From Chitinophagales bacterium (GTDB lineage: Bacteria; Bacteroidota; Bacteroidia; Chitinophagales; UBA8649), in NCBI GenBank assembly GCA_037624485.1, contig JASJJC010000008.1:7051-71050 (forward strand): a stretch of DNA of 64,000 bases. Direction: 5' to 3'. The notes below the pieces were generated by a model that saw nothing but the letters and a program-made list of their open reading frames with translations, ran no database searches and was not told the DNA's origin. The position numbers were made by a program, and so were the translations under genes. The first letter of the stretch is position 1. Every line of letters starts with the position of its first letter. This document shows positions 10,184 through 20,942 of the stretch, piece after piece.

Positions 10184-10213
10184 TTATAATTGAAAAGCAA
10201 TGATAATATAAAC

Positions 10214-11347
10214 CTACTTGTTACTCGCCTGCACATCGATTAGAATCCCATTACTTTCTAGAGCAGCTCTTATGGCTGTAAGTTGGTCTTCTAGTTCTGT
10301 TGTTTTTAGGGCTTGAGCATTTAACACTCCAACTTGATTTTTTAAGGCAGTATTTTCTTGCTGCAATTGCTCGATAAGCCGCTGCTGCTCTTGAGTAGCT
10401 GAAACATTTAGCATAGAGATAGCCTGATAATCGACAATTCGAAAATCATTAACTTCACGACCATAGACAAAAACCTGACCTGTTCTATCCTGATTGACAT
10501 AAAATCCATCCTCAACCACGCTTGTAACCGTGGCTAAGACAACTGCATTATCATCAAAAATGAGTTTTACATTATCTCCCGTTGTCACTTTTGTTCTCAA
10601 AGGAATAAACCCATCCTGCATACTTGCCAACTGGTAAATATCTGGTACAACTGAAATAGATTGACCAACCGCTTCTGGATAAACCTTTTCAACCTGCTGA
10701 GCGATCACTTTTTTTATAGTACTATGACCCTTTGATTTATCCTTAAAAGTATAATCTGTGATTTCTATATCCATTATTCTATCCAGGTCATTTTTGGCAT
10801 CTGAAATTCCCACAATATCTTTAATTCTCTCATCAGATTCAGTATAAAATTCTCGTGCTCTAATTCCCTCTGAAACCCACAAGCCCATATTTCTAAATCC
10901 AAATTGACCGCCTTCAGGACAACACTGTGTATAAGCAGAAAAGCCACACCCACCTGGGCAAACGTCACCACTTATAACACCATCAACTCTCAATCCCGAA
11001 TTAAAATGACCGTCTCCATCAACATCAAGTTTATAACTTGGATTGGTTCCACCAATACCGACATTTCCATTTCTTAAAACCATTTCAATCCCGGGAGTTT
11101 GTAAAGAAATCGTTGAATTTCCGAATAGTTTAGGGCCATCAAAGCTTCCGCCCTGATAAGCTAGGTAATGATTCCCATCCAAACCACCTCTCAATCGAAG
11201 TTGGTTGTCGTTTAAGGATATATTTCCTGCAACATCTAATTTTGCTTGTGGGCTATCTGTTCCTATTCCTACATTTTGAGCGTTTAGGGTAAAATTACAG
11301 GCAAAAAATAGGATAAGTAGGCAGGTTAAGTTCTTTAAATTTTTCAT
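10214..11347 (-). CDS. Secreted tail-fibre-like protein with peptidase S74 intramolecular chaperone domain
   Basis: NVGIGTDSPQAKLDVAG-type repeats, SDERIK, IAQQVEKVYPEAV, VDY motifs and C-terminal coiled coil. Confidence 0.82.
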   Translation of the reverse strand: MKNLKNLTCLLILFFACNFTLNAQNVGIGTDSPQAKLDVAGNISLNDNQLRLRGGLDGNHYLAYQGGSFDGPKLFGNSTISLQTPGIEMVLRNGNVGIGGTNPSYKLDVDGDGHFNSGLRVDGVISGDVCPGGCGFSAYTQCCPEGGQFGFRNMGLWVSEGIRAREFYTESDERIKDIVGISDAKNDLDRIMDIEITDYTFKDKSKGHSTIKKVIAQQVEKVYPEAVGQSISVVPDIYQLASMQDGFIPLRTKVTTGDNVKLIFDDNAVVLATVTSVVEDGFYVNQDRTGQVFVYGREVNDFRIVDYQAISMLNVSATQEQQRLIEQLQQENTALKNQVGVLNAQALKTTELEDQLTAIRAALESNGILIDVQASNK

Positions 11348-11375
11348 AGAGCAGTTTTTATTGAATGTTTATATT

Positions 11376-13106
11376 TTATTTAATGAATAGTTTTTGATTG
11401 GTGGTAGAAGCCTGCATTTCAAGAGAAAGAAAATAAACCCCTTCTTCCAAATGCTTGGTTTGAATTAAAAATTGATCAATATCAGCTTGAATCCATAGTT
11501 GACTATTGACAACTAGTTTACCCAAAGCATCAAAGATTTTCAGCGCTGCTGCACCTTTTTCACTCGAGCGAATGGTGAGTGTAGATTCATATAATGATGG
11601 GTTAGGTGCCAAGCTTATTGATAGATTAGAATCCTTAGCTTTTAAAATTGCACTAACGATGTCACTATATTCATATTCACCGTTAAAATCTATTTGTTTT
11701 AAGCGATAATAATATCGGATGTTTGGCAAAAAATTATAATCCTTGAAAGCGTATATATTTATATCACTGCTCGTTCCATTACCATCTAGCCAGGCAATAT
11801 TTTCGAAATTCTCGCCATCTGTGCTCCTTAGAATTTCAAAGCCTGAATTATTTAACTCTGTAGCCGTTGCCCATTCCACCATGATATGGTTATCATTGCC
11901 ATATGCTTCAAGTGACAATAATTCAACAGGAAGAGTTGAACTTAATGGGTCTGTGGAATGAAGTCTTAATGAGGATAAGCTTGTCTGGCCGCTGATTGAA
12001 TACCCTGTCGGGTCAAGTACGAATCCGGGCTGCTGGGGGAAATCAGTTGTCCCAATTATAGGATTTGAAGATAAATCTCCGCCTACAACACCTTCTTTTG
12101 CGAGATAACGCAATACCACATTCTGGCAGCCTAGCGGGCCGATATCCAGAGCATCTACATCAGCTGAAGGACTCGGCATTACGGTAACTGTATATTCAAC
12201 ACTTCCGCTTGGAGATGCTTGTATTGCCCACTGATGATTTTGATCTCGGTCCAAAACAATTTGATCTAAAACTCCATCTGGACCTCCTGTGCAATCCATC
12301 AAGGTACTTGACCCTGATGCATTTGGATTGGTTCCAACATCATCATAAACTTTATCAAAAACCAAAGGAACATCTCCATCCTCTAGATACACTAAAATAT
12401 CATAAGGACTTGAAGCATTATTTGAAAAGGTAAATTGAATCGGTTGGGTTCCAGCATCCAGCGAACTGGGTTGTATTCCTATAGGAAATAAATAGGTGTT
12501 ATTTCCATTTACCATCCACCTCAACTTACCCTCGATGTAATCATCTCCCAGGTTGGCTGAGGAAGAAGCGCCACTTATGGCTAATGGATCACTATTAAGC
12601 AAATACAACTCTTTTGAATATAAATCCCCATCATCAGAATGCGAGCTTATATCCGTACGAATGATTCCTCCGTCATTTTCAAAGCTAATACTGTTTTTTA
12701 CATTTAAATTACTAGCTAAATCAATTCGAGTAGTTGAAGCTTTATCTATCTTTACATTATATAAATTATTTAAGCTAGCTAAGCCATTTAAATCACCGCT
12801 TATGATCTGGTTTGACGCACCGGAAAACCGCTCAACACCCGTAGATTCATATTTGGCATTTGTTTCATCTGCAGTATTCGTAAAGTTTCCTGTCAACTCA
12901 ACAATACCGTCTATGTTTTGAAAAACGCCCTGATTGTTATTGATTTCTCCAGCTACAAATAAAGTGGGGTTTGTACCGTCATTGCCATCCACGTATACTT
13001 CAATGGTTGCAGAAAGATTATCTCCATCGACATAAAACTCATTTTGAGCTTTTAGATTTAGAGTAAAAACCAGAAAAACCAATGTAGTACAATAAAAGTT
13101 AGTCAT
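11376..13106 (-). CDS. T9SS type A sorting domain-containing protein
   Basis: Signal peptide, LPVEL...YYRLKQIDFNG domain, CTD (PNPS...IFDALGKLV...GVYFL...KLFIK). Confidence 0.87.
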   Translation of the reverse strand: MTNFYCTTLVFLVFTLNLKAQNEFYVDGDNLSATIEVYVDGNDGTNPTLFVAGEINNNQGVFQNIDGIVELTGNFTNTADETNAKYESTGVERFSGASNQIISGDLNGLASLNNLYNVKIDKASTTRIDLASNLNVKNSISFENDGGIIRTDISSHSDDGDLYSKELYLLNSDPLAISGASSSANLGDDYIEGKLRWMVNGNNTYLFPIGIQPSSLDAGTQPIQFTFSNNASSPYDILVYLEDGDVPLVFDKVYDDVGTNPNASGSSTLMDCTGGPDGVLDQIVLDRDQNHQWAIQASPSGSVEYTVTVMPSPSADVDALDIGPLGCQNVVLRYLAKEGVVGGDLSSNPIIGTTDFPQQPGFVLDPTGYSISGQTSLSSLRLHSTDPLSSTLPVELLSLEAYGNDNHIMVEWATATELNNSGFEILRSTDGENFENIAWLDGNGTSSDINIYAFKDYNFLPNIRYYYRLKQIDFNGEYEYSDIVSAILKAKDSNLSISLAPNPSLYESTLTIRSSEKGAAALKIFDALGKLVVNSQLWIQADIDQFLIQTKHLEEGVYFLSLEMQASTTNQKLFIK

Positions 13107-13264
13107 AGATAGTTAGTTTTCATCAAACTTATGATTATGCCTCAGCATTTTGTGGATATATATCAAGAAGTTTTGCGTCATCCTAAGACTAAAGACTAAA
13201 TTACTAGACAGTAATACCAAGAATAAACAAAACAAGTCTTATCATTGTTTCTTAAAGAAAGATT

Positions 13265-13822
13265 ATGAAAACAATATTTTTAGTATTATTAGCAGTTTGG
13301 AGTTGCGGATCGCCTACAGTCAACCAAGAAAACTTTTCAGAAGAAAAAACAATCTACCAATTTAAAGTAGAAGACATAAACGGTAACACATTCGACTTTG
13401 CCGATTTAAAAGGGAAAAAAGTTATGATAGTTAATACCGCTTCCAATTGCGGCTTAACTCCTCAATATGAATATTTAGAAGAAGTCTATCAAGAATTTAA
13501 AGACCAAAATTTTGTTATTATTGGATTTCCCGCAAATAATTTTTTACATCAAGAACCTGGCAGCAACGATGACATTGCAGCATTCTGTAAAAAGAACTAC
13601 GGCGTAAGCTTTCCCATGATGGCTAAGATTTCTGTGAAAGGAAAAGAAATGAATGAATTTTATCAGTTTCTAACAATCAAGGAGCTAAATGGAGAGCAGG
13701 ATAGCGATGTTGCTTGGAATTTTCAAAAATATCTTATTGGAGAAGAAGGTAAATTAGAAAAGGTAATCAAACCTAAGACTTTACCTAACGACGCTGAAGT
13801 TATTGATTGGATTAAGGAATAG
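13265..13822 (+). CDS. Glutathione peroxidase (Cys type, lipoprotein signal)
   Basis: VNTASNCGLT, GFPANNF..QEPG and WNFQKYLI motifs. Confidence 0.93.
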   Translation: MKTIFLVLLAVWSCGSPTVNQENFSEEKTIYQFKVEDINGNTFDFADLKGKKVMIVNTASNCGLTPQYEYLEEVYQEFKDQNFVIIGFPANNFLHQEPGSNDDIAAFCKKNYGVSFPMMAKISVKGKEMNEFYQFLTIKELNGEQDSDVAWNFQKYLIGEEGKLEKVIKPKTLPNDAEVIDWIKE

Positions 13823-13844
13823 GCTTTAAGCCATTGTTAAATTT

Positions 13845-13881
13845 AAAAGCAGGGCCCTCTTCGAGAAGAGACCCTGCTTTT
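13845..13881. terminator. Bidirectional intrinsic terminator
   Basis: AAAAGCAGGG...CTCTTC/GAAGAG...CCCTGCTTTT hairpin. Confidence 0.8.
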
Positions 13882-13932
13882 ATTTTGAATGCAGTTCTTT
13901 ACAGAGTTTCTTTAAACCCAGGAGCTAAGCCT

Positions 13933-14934
13933 TCAGCCTCCTACCCTTGTTTTTTTAAGCAAACTTGCTAAAGTCTTCTTGACATCAGCCAACTTCTCTT
14001 CTTTTTCGACAAGTCGATTCTTTATCATGTCAATTTTTGCATCCAATAGCTTTACTTGAAATGCCATGCTCGCATAATCCTTGTTTCTTTCCTCCTTGGC
14101 AATCGTTCTTTTCTCCCAATCAACGGATTTCTGCATTTTCTCTACTATTCCCTCTAAATCTCCAACTCGTTTGTCGATTTTAGAATCAACAAGTTGATCT
14201 CGGGCTTCGCTCATTTTTTTGAACAAAGCATTTATACCCCCATCAATGTCACTATAATCTTTTGAACGCAAGCCTGAAGTGTTTAAATCCTTCCGGATAT
14301 CTTTTAAGCGCTCTACAGTAAATTTATAATTCGGCTTATCATCCAATTTTTCATTTAATATCTCCAGTTTCAAAAGCAAATCCTTCTTCGCTTCAACCGC
14401 CTTCCCTTTCAACTCTTTGTTGTGATCTTTTCGCAATGCCTTTAGTGCTTCGAAGAGAATGTCCAAGTTTGACTTGTACCTGTCTAAGTTTTTTTGAGTA
14501 ACCATAGAATGATCCTGCTTAAAGGCAAGTATTCGATTCCAAAAAGCGGCACATTCATCAAATACCTCTTGACTGTAATCATCAAGGACTGCGAGCTTTT
14601 CTTGCAGTAAAGTCAACTCCCCATCAAACCCTTGAAACATTCTGGTCACCATCAAGGTATCTGCCCATTCTATTTCAATATCTCTTACTTTACCTACGTT
14701 TTCTACCTTAATACCATCCGTCAAAAGGTTGGCATCACTGATTGTACGCTTAAGTTTCTCTAAGGGTTCTGGTAAATAGCCCTTACCATTCGCCCAATTT
14801 TCAAGTTTTTCTCTTTCTACCTTGCTTTTTAAAAACAAATACAATAGCACAGTCACCTCTACTTCTTCAAACTCAACCGCAATCCAAATGGAATTATCTA
14901 AATAATCTCCCTCTAACAAAAATCTTTTTCTCAT
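13933..14934 (-). CDS. Hypothetical helical/coiled-coil protein (DUF349-like repeats possible)
   Basis: 333-aa charged helical ORF; family assignment tentative. Confidence 0.6.
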   Translation of the reverse strand: MRKRFLLEGDYLDNSIWIAVEFEEVEVTVLLYLFLKSKVEREKLENWANGKGYLPEPLEKLKRTISDANLLTDGIKVENVGKVRDIEIEWADTLMVTRMFQGFDGELTLLQEKLAVLDDYSQEVFDECAAFWNRILAFKQDHSMVTQKNLDRYKSNLDILFEALKALRKDHNKELKGKAVEAKKDLLLKLEILNEKLDDKPNYKFTVERLKDIRKDLNTSGLRSKDYSDIDGGINALFKKMSEARDQLVDSKIDKRVGDLEGIVEKMQKSVDWEKRTIAKEERNKDYASMAFQVKLLDAKIDMIKNRLVEKEEKLADVKKTLASLLKKTRVGG

Positions 14935-14945
14935 ACTACTTTGAC

Positions 14946-14953
14946 TATTTTTG
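14946..14953 (+). promoter_or_regulatory. Bacteroidota -7 promoter element
   Basis: TATTTTTG upstream of 14976. Confidence 0.55.
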
Positions 14954-14975
14954 CTTAACGAATAAGAACTAGCTC

Positions 14976-15608
14976 ATGCGCCTTCATCAAATATTGGACA
15001 AAATTAAACAAATTCAAGAAAATAATTTGCCTGGATTTGCAGCTCATGCTAAAATGAGCCCTCCTTTAAGAGGTAAATACAACGCCAATGATTTGAAAAA
15101 GTTCAACGCTAAAGAAAGTGCGGTTATGATTCTCTTGTATGAGAAGAATAATCAAACACATATAGTCTTCACACAACGCCATGATTATGATGGCGCTCAT
15201 AGTGGTCAAATCAGCTTCCCAGGTGGGAAAAAAGATGAATCGGACCATGACTTAAGTCATACTGCACTTCGGGAAACATATGAAGAAATTGGTGTTCCGT
15301 TATCCAATGCGCATATTATTTCAACGCTGAGTTGGTTATATGTGCCTCCTAGCAATTTCGTTATATATCCATTTGTTGCACTAATAGAAGAAAAGCCTTC
15401 TTTTGTGCCCGAAGAAAAAGAGGTAAAAGAAATATTGGAGATCCCTCTAGAAGCCTTAGCGAATAAAGCAAACCAGAAAAACTACCATTTTCAAAACAAA
15501 AAGCTAAATATCAGCTTTGATAGTCCAAGCTATCAGGTCAATGGAAAAATAATTTGGGGGGCAACGGCAATGATTTTAAGTGAACTCTTAACTATCTTAG
15601 AAGTATGA
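14976..15608 (+). CDS. CoA pyrophosphatase (Nudix, NudL/PCD1 family)
   Basis: HSGQISFPGG...ALRETYEEIG and IWGATA motifs. Confidence 0.9.
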   Translation: MRLHQILDKIKQIQENNLPGFAAHAKMSPPLRGKYNANDLKKFNAKESAVMILLYEKNNQTHIVFTQRHDYDGAHSGQISFPGGKKDESDHDLSHTALRETYEEIGVPLSNAHIISTLSWLYVPPSNFVIYPFVALIEEKPSFVPEEKEVKEILEIPLEALANKANQKNYHFQNKKLNISFDSPSYQVNGKIIWGATAMILSELLTILEV

Positions 15609-16225
15609 TTTTGCGAATCGATAAAGATAGCCCAGATGAACGTCGCATTCAACAGGTTGTAGAATGTTTGCGTATGGGTGGGGTTATTATTTATCCCACA
15701 GACACAGTATATACATTGGGATGTGATATTAGCAATAAAAAAGCCTATGAAAAGGTGTGCGCTTTAAAAGATGTCAGACCTAATAAAGCAAATTTTTCTT
15801 TTGTTTGTTATGATTTGCGACATATTAGTGAGTACACCATCAGCCTTCCCACACCTACATATAAGCTTATGCATCGCTTATTGCCCGGACCGTACACCTT
15901 TATTTTAAATGCAAACAAGACCATTCAACGACTTTTTGCTTATAAGAAAAAAGAAGTAGGTATTCGTGTGCCAAATCATGCTATACCCAGAGCAATAGTT
16001 CAGGAATTAGGTCATCCTATTCTTTCAGCCTCCATTAAAAATGAGGATGAGATTTTGGAATATATGACGGACCCTGAAGAGATCTATTACGAATACAAGG
16101 ATATCGTCGATATTGTTATCGATGGCGGAGCAGGAATGAATGAACCATCCACCATTATAAATTATACAGATAAGGAGCCTTTTTTAGTCAGACAAGGTCT
16201 TGGACCTATTGACATTATCAATTAA
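15605..16225 (+). CDS. Sua5/YrdC/YciO family L-threonylcarbamoyladenylate synthase-like protein
   Basis: YPTDTVY.LGC, PGPYTFIL and GIRVP motifs. Confidence 0.88.
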   Translation: MILRIDKDSPDERRIQQVVECLRMGGVIIYPTDTVYTLGCDISNKKAYEKVCALKDVRPNKANFSFVCYDLRHISEYTISLPTPTYKLMHRLLPGPYTFILNANKTIQRLFAYKKKEVGIRVPNHAIPRAIVQELGHPILSASIKNEDEILEYMTDPEEIYYEYKDIVDIVIDGGAGMNEPSTIINYTDKEPFLVRQGLGPIDIIN

Positions 16226-16498
16226 TTTTTAACTAGATGTACTAAAAATTTACTAAGCCTAGCTCCGCAAAAAGATAGCTTGCGCGAACGCATGACTTTA
16301 GAGGATCAATTTCATAAGCTCAGTAATAGAGATTAATGAAATTTAATCACTCCAATAGTAGTTGAAGCTTTGGAAAAAATCTCAAGCAGTTAACCGCCAT
16401 TATAAACCGATTTGAAGATGTAAACTTTATCCATAAAATTCTTGTTAGTATTTCGTTAATACCTTTACAAAAATCTAGATACTTAAGGGCTATTTTTT

Positions 16499-16506
16499 TA
16501 CCTTTG
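16499..16506 (+). promoter_or_regulatory. Bacteroidota -7 promoter element
   Basis: TACCTTTG(CA) 18 bp upstream of the ATG at 16525. Confidence 0.65.
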
Positions 16507-16524
16507 CACTAAAATTACACCTCC

Positions 16525-18912
16525 ATGAAGCGTTACTTCTCATTCTGTATTCTCTTAATGCAATTTGCTCATGCTCAAATGCCTGGCTTATCTATAAGCG
16601 GTAATGTCAAAGAACAACAGAGCAATAATCCAATGGAATATTGTACCATTTCAATTTTCGATGCAACTACCGAAGATTTAGTCACGGGCATTGTCAGTGA
16701 TTTACAGGGAAACTTTATCGTAGACAAATTAAAGCCAGGCTTATATAACATAGAAGTTTCTTTTATTGGCTTTGAAGCAAAGAGATTGGAAGATGTCATC
16801 TTGAGTATGGCTGAACCAAAGGTTAACATAGGAACGATATTTCTAGGAACCGATGCCACTTTGGTCAACGAAGTTGAGGTCACTGCTTTGAAATCATCAG
16901 TTCGCTACGAACTGGATAAGAAAATTGTGGATGTAGATAAGAATATTGCAGCCGCTAATGGAACTGCTGTTGATATTCTTGCCACAGTCCCCTCTATTCA
17001 AACCAATATTGATGGTGATGTGAGCTTAAGAGGAAGTACGGGTTTTTTAGTACTTATTAATGGCCGCCCCTCGGTGCTGGATGCAAACGATGCCCTCAGG
17101 CAAATTCCTGCCAACACTATTGATAACATTGAAATAATAACCAACCCATCGGCAAGGTACGATGCAGAGGGTACTGCTGGGATTATTAACATTATCACCA
17201 AAAAGAAATCAAATGATGGAACCAGTGGAATATTAAATGTCCGCGGTGGCACATTTAATAGTTTTGGTGGCGATGCAACGCTATCCATCAAAAAGAAAAA
17301 ATTTACCTACACAATAGCGGGAAATTACAGGCATAATGAAAGACCAGGCACATATAATTCTACCCTAAATACTATTTTTAATGATACCACAGTAAGTACG
17401 ATAAATGATGGAGAAAAGGAAAGAATATTTAACAACTATAACGTTAAAGGCAGTATTGAATTTCGACCTACAGACGATCAGTATATTGTTGCTTCGTATA
17501 CCTATGGTGGATGGAAAATGATTTTCAGGGATGAGCTTGATTTTAGTTTTATTAATCGGACAACTGGTGATGAAGAAAATTTTGTGAATCGGAATGAAAG
17601 CAAGCGAAGTGGACCGTTCCATGAAGTTATTTTGGACTATGGGTATGACTTTAAAAATAAGAGTCAGTTCACGGCACATGCTTCTTTTAATAAGCGAGGT
17701 TTTGAAGAACTAGTTTTTAGTGAACGATTTGATGAGGCGGACAATTTAATTTATGGAACCCAGAGCTCTGAGATAGGCCCTTCTCAGCGTATTCGTATAA
17801 ATCTAGATTATCTGATCCCTGTGCAAGACCACAGCAAGTTTGAACTAGGCCTCATGCAACAATACGGTAAAAGTGATGAAGAAAATATTGCCTTTCAAAG
17901 GGATGTAGCCAGTAATGACTTAATAGAGCAAACTCAATTTTATAGTAATGTGGTGTACAAGAAAAATATCAGAGCATTCTACGGTATGTTTTCAAGCAAA
18001 TGGGAAAAGCTGAGCTATCAATTTGGATTAAGAACAGAAAATACGATTAGGAATATCTATGTGAGGAATACCCAAACTACCTTTTTAGTTGATCGTCTGG
18101 ATCTCTTCCCATCAGCCTCTTTGTCTGTCAACGTAAATGAGCAACATCAATATTTCATAAACTACAGCAAGCGAATAAATAGACCCCGCGGCTGGTACCT
18201 TGAGCCTAACGCAATTTTCACAGATGCCAATACCTTGTGGCAAGGGAATCCGGAAATTCTGCCTGAATATATTCATGCTATTGAAACGGGCTGGTTATTT
18301 AATTTTAAGAAAAAAGGTTCTTGGAATAATGAAGTATACTTCAGAAGAGAGTTAAATGTGATGCAAATTGTTCGTGTTCCTCTCGATTTTGAGTTAACGC
18401 GTCAATTTCCTGAAAATATTGGGACCTCTAACACTTTAGGACTGGAGTCAAGTTTAAGTTTGTTGCCCTTTAAATGGTGGAATACTGATTTGATGGCCAA
18501 TGTATTTTACTACAATCTTGAAGGCGCTTATGAGGATGAGGTATTCGATCGTTCTAGCTTCTCTTATATCCTGCGATGGAATAACTATTTCAAGTTATCT
18601 AAATCTACCAAGTTACAATTTAATGGTTCGTATAGCAGTCCTATCGTCAATGCTCAAGGAAGAGAGAAATTTACTTACAGATTTGATGCTGGACTTAAGC
18701 AAGAATTTTGCGATGGTAAAATGAATTTAGGTATTCAAGTACGTGATTTGTTTAACACTTATGTAAGTCGAAGTAATCTGGATGGCACTAATTTTGATTT
18801 TCAAAGAGAGAATGATCCGAGAGGACCAAGTCTTGTATTCTCTGCGAGCTATAGAATAAATAATTATAGAGCTAAAAAGCCTAACTACTCCAGCGGTGGT
18901 GGCGAATTTTAA
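16525..18912 (+). CDS. TonB-dependent receptor / outer-membrane beta-barrel family protein
   Basis: N-terminal carboxypeptidase-regulatory-like domain, plug motif IEIITNPSARYDAEG, GNPEILPE, C-terminal barrel. Confidence 0.88.
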   Translation: MKRYFSFCILLMQFAHAQMPGLSISGNVKEQQSNNPMEYCTISIFDATTEDLVTGIVSDLQGNFIVDKLKPGLYNIEVSFIGFEAKRLEDVILSMAEPKVNIGTIFLGTDATLVNEVEVTALKSSVRYELDKKIVDVDKNIAAANGTAVDILATVPSIQTNIDGDVSLRGSTGFLVLINGRPSVLDANDALRQIPANTIDNIEIITNPSARYDAEGTAGIINIITKKKSNDGTSGILNVRGGTFNSFGGDATLSIKKKKFTYTIAGNYRHNERPGTYNSTLNTIFNDTTVSTINDGEKERIFNNYNVKGSIEFRPTDDQYIVASYTYGGWKMIFRDELDFSFINRTTGDEENFVNRNESKRSGPFHEVILDYGYDFKNKSQFTAHASFNKRGFEELVFSERFDEADNLIYGTQSSEIGPSQRIRINLDYLIPVQDHSKFELGLMQQYGKSDEENIAFQRDVASNDLIEQTQFYSNVVYKKNIRAFYGMFSSKWEKLSYQFGLRTENTIRNIYVRNTQTTFLVDRLDLFPSASLSVNVNEQHQYFINYSKRINRPRGWYLEPNAIFTDANTLWQGNPEILPEYIHAIETGWLFNFKKKGSWNNEVYFRRELNVMQIVRVPLDFELTRQFPENIGTSNTLGLESSLSLLPFKWWNTDLMANVFYYNLEGAYEDEVFDRSSFSYILRWNNYFKLSKSTKLQFNGSYSSPIVNAQGREKFTYRFDAGLKQEFCDGKMNLGIQVRDLFNTYVSRSNLDGTNFDFQRENDPRGPSLVFSASYRINNYRAKKPNYSSGGGEF

Positions 18913-18980
18913 AGTGATATTAGTAAGCAGTTTATTTAAGCGACTGCCTACTAATGTTAACTTTTAAATGATTGAAAAGT

Positions 18981-19904
18981 CTATTTCAACTCAAAATTCG
19001 TCATGCCCAATAAATAACCTTCTTGGTACATTTCAGCTGTGTATGTTCCTGCTTGGGCAATGTTATGTGACCAATAAATACAAACTTTCTTATTTCCGCC
19101 ATCAAAATTGAATGATGCAGCCTTTGAAAATCGGATTTCTTGACCATTTTCTTTGCTTGTAAAGCTTCCACTTCCTTCTTGCTCTAAGAACAACGATTCG
19201 CCATTTGGAGAAACTAGTCGCAACTGCATAACTACCTCACCTTCTTCACGCACTATGTTTTCACCCGTTTGGTAACAAACCATTATTTTCTCTACATTCT
19301 TCACCTTAGCAATTTCTTTCTCAACACCGCTATCCTTCACCTTGATTCCTACAGCTGTTAACTCATCTGCCTGTAACAAAGATCCCAATTCAAATTTTTC
19401 AGAAAGATATTCTTTGTCTTGTGTCAGGTTTAAAGTCACATTTTTCTCAGTCATTAAATCCGTTTCTAAACGCATCTTAATGGCCAACAGCTCCTGATTC
19501 TCCTCACTTAACTTATCAATTTGCCCAATAAAAGCGGCGCGTTCTGTTTCAAACTCAATAATTTTTCCTTTAAGTTTATTCAACTCATTTTTATTGAACC
19601 CACTTTGATTTTTCCATTTTTGGATTTCTTCTAAGTGCAACTTTATATCCGCTTCTCTCTCTGCTAATACCGCATCTAAGTCAGTATTTATTCCTTTCAT
19701 TTCATCCAATTCGGCAAGTTGTGCATTGAAGTTCGCCTGCAAACCAGATAAGTCATCTTGTAAACCAACAAGCTCTGTTTGGGTAACTTCTAAATCTTGC
19801 TGTCCTTTAAAAAGATAATATGCACCTACTAGATTAATTAATAATAGTAGAAAAATAATTACTAAATAGACCGTTTTTTTGGAACTCTTATTAGTTTTAC
19901 TCAT
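18981..19904 (-). CDS. Membrane-anchored coiled-coil hypothetical protein
   Basis: N-terminal TM helix, long coiled coil, C-terminal beta domain. Confidence 0.7.
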   Translation of the reverse strand: MSKTNKSSKKTVYLVIIFLLLLINLVGAYYLFKGQQDLEVTQTELVGLQDDLSGLQANFNAQLAELDEMKGINTDLDAVLAEREADIKLHLEEIQKWKNQSGFNKNELNKLKGKIIEFETERAAFIGQIDKLSEENQELLAIKMRLETDLMTEKNVTLNLTQDKEYLSEKFELGSLLQADELTAVGIKVKDSGVEKEIAKVKNVEKIMVCYQTGENIVREEGEVVMQLRLVSPNGESLFLEQEGSGSFTSKENGQEIRFSKAASFNFDGGNKKVCIYWSHNIAQAGTYTAEMYQEGYLLGMTNFELK

Positions 19905-19963
19905 AATTAAAAGGTATTTGTTTAAATATCAAAGTTAAAACGAAAAAGCACAAGTTTTCATTT

Positions 19964-20548
19964 ATGGATATAAATAATATGCAATACTGGCAAGATCACT
20001 ATCTACAAAATAGCACAGGCTGGGATTTAGGAGCCGTTTCTCCGCCATTGAAAGCCTACTTTGATCAGTTGTCAAACAAGGATTGTAAAATTCTAATTCC
20101 GGGTGCAGGCAATGCTTATGAAGCCGAATACCTCCATAAAATGGGTTTTACAAAAGTCTTTGTGGCTGATTGGGCGCAACAAGCAATTGATAATATTAAA
20201 AAAAGAATGCCTTCTTTTCCAGATAGTCAATTACTCGTTCAAGATTTTTTTAAACTTGAAGGTCCATTTGATTTAATCGTTGAACAAACGTTTTTTTGTG
20301 CCCTACCTCCGCAACAAAGGAAAGATTATGTTAATAAAATGCACGATCTTTTGGCGCCAAACGGAAAATTAGTGGGCCTACTCTTTCAAGTACCATTAAA
20401 CCAAGATCATCCACCTTTTGGGGGCGACAAGTATGAGTATTTAAGCTTGTTTGAATCTAAATTTGAAATTGTAACCTTAGAGACTGCTCACAATTCGATC
20501 GAACCTAGACAAAAGAATGAGTTGTTTTTTATTTTTAAAGCGAAGTAA
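19964..20548 (+). CDS. TPMT-family SAM-dependent methyltransferase
   Basis: GWDLG..SPPL, ILIPGAGNAYE, EQTFFCAL and PPFG motifs. Confidence 0.88.
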   Translation: MDINNMQYWQDHYLQNSTGWDLGAVSPPLKAYFDQLSNKDCKILIPGAGNAYEAEYLHKMGFTKVFVADWAQQAIDNIKKRMPSFPDSQLLVQDFFKLEGPFDLIVEQTFFCALPPQQRKDYVNKMHDLLAPNGKLVGLLFQVPLNQDHPPFGGDKYEYLSLFESKFEIVTLETAHNSIEPRQKNELFFIFKAK

Positions 20549-20933
20549 CCGCGCAATCCGCGCATATCCCCCTTACGGTAAAATTTAACTCATGCATGCT
20601 ATAACCTTCAGGCAATTGAAATGAAGGGATTACATGATGTAAACAAGAAACTTGCTCGCATTGCTCACATGAAAAATGAAGGTGATGGTGCAGGTGATCA
20701 TCATTACATGCCACACATGCCATATATTTATTTACTCCATCCATATCCACCAGCTTATGAATTTTATCATCCTCCAACAGTCGATCTAAAACCCTATAAA
20801 TAGTAACCCGATTGCACTTGCCATTTAACGCCTCCTCTATATCAGCATGTGACAAGGCGACATTTGCTCCTTCAATCAAGGCTAAAACTGATTGTTTGGC
20901 TTGTGTCGATCGTGAATTTTTAATAACAGCCAT
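20535..20933 (-). CDS. Fur-family transcriptional regulator (probably Zur-like)
   Basis: RVTIYRVL HTH, HHHLHFSCEQC and GICADC motifs. Confidence 0.88.
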   Translation of the reverse strand: MAVIKNSRSTQAKQSVLALIEGANVALSHADIEEALNGKCNRVTIYRVLDRLLEDDKIHKLVDMDGVNKYMACVACNDDHLHHHLHFSCEQCEQVSCLHHVIPSFQLPEGYSMHELNFTVRGICADCAVTSL

Positions 20934-20942
20934 ATCAAATTT

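Noticed and set aside
9152-13106. Prophage suggested by the tail-fibre/S74 domain
   Set aside because: No integrase, terminase, capsid or portal genes, and the proteins have Sec signal peptides.
13448-13450. Selenocysteine in glutathione peroxidase
   Set aside because: Active-site codon is TGC (Cys).
16226-16498. Riboswitch upstream of the TonB-dependent receptor
   Set aside because: No cobalamin, TPP or other aptamer consensus recognised, and the -7 box lies just before the start, leaving no long leader.
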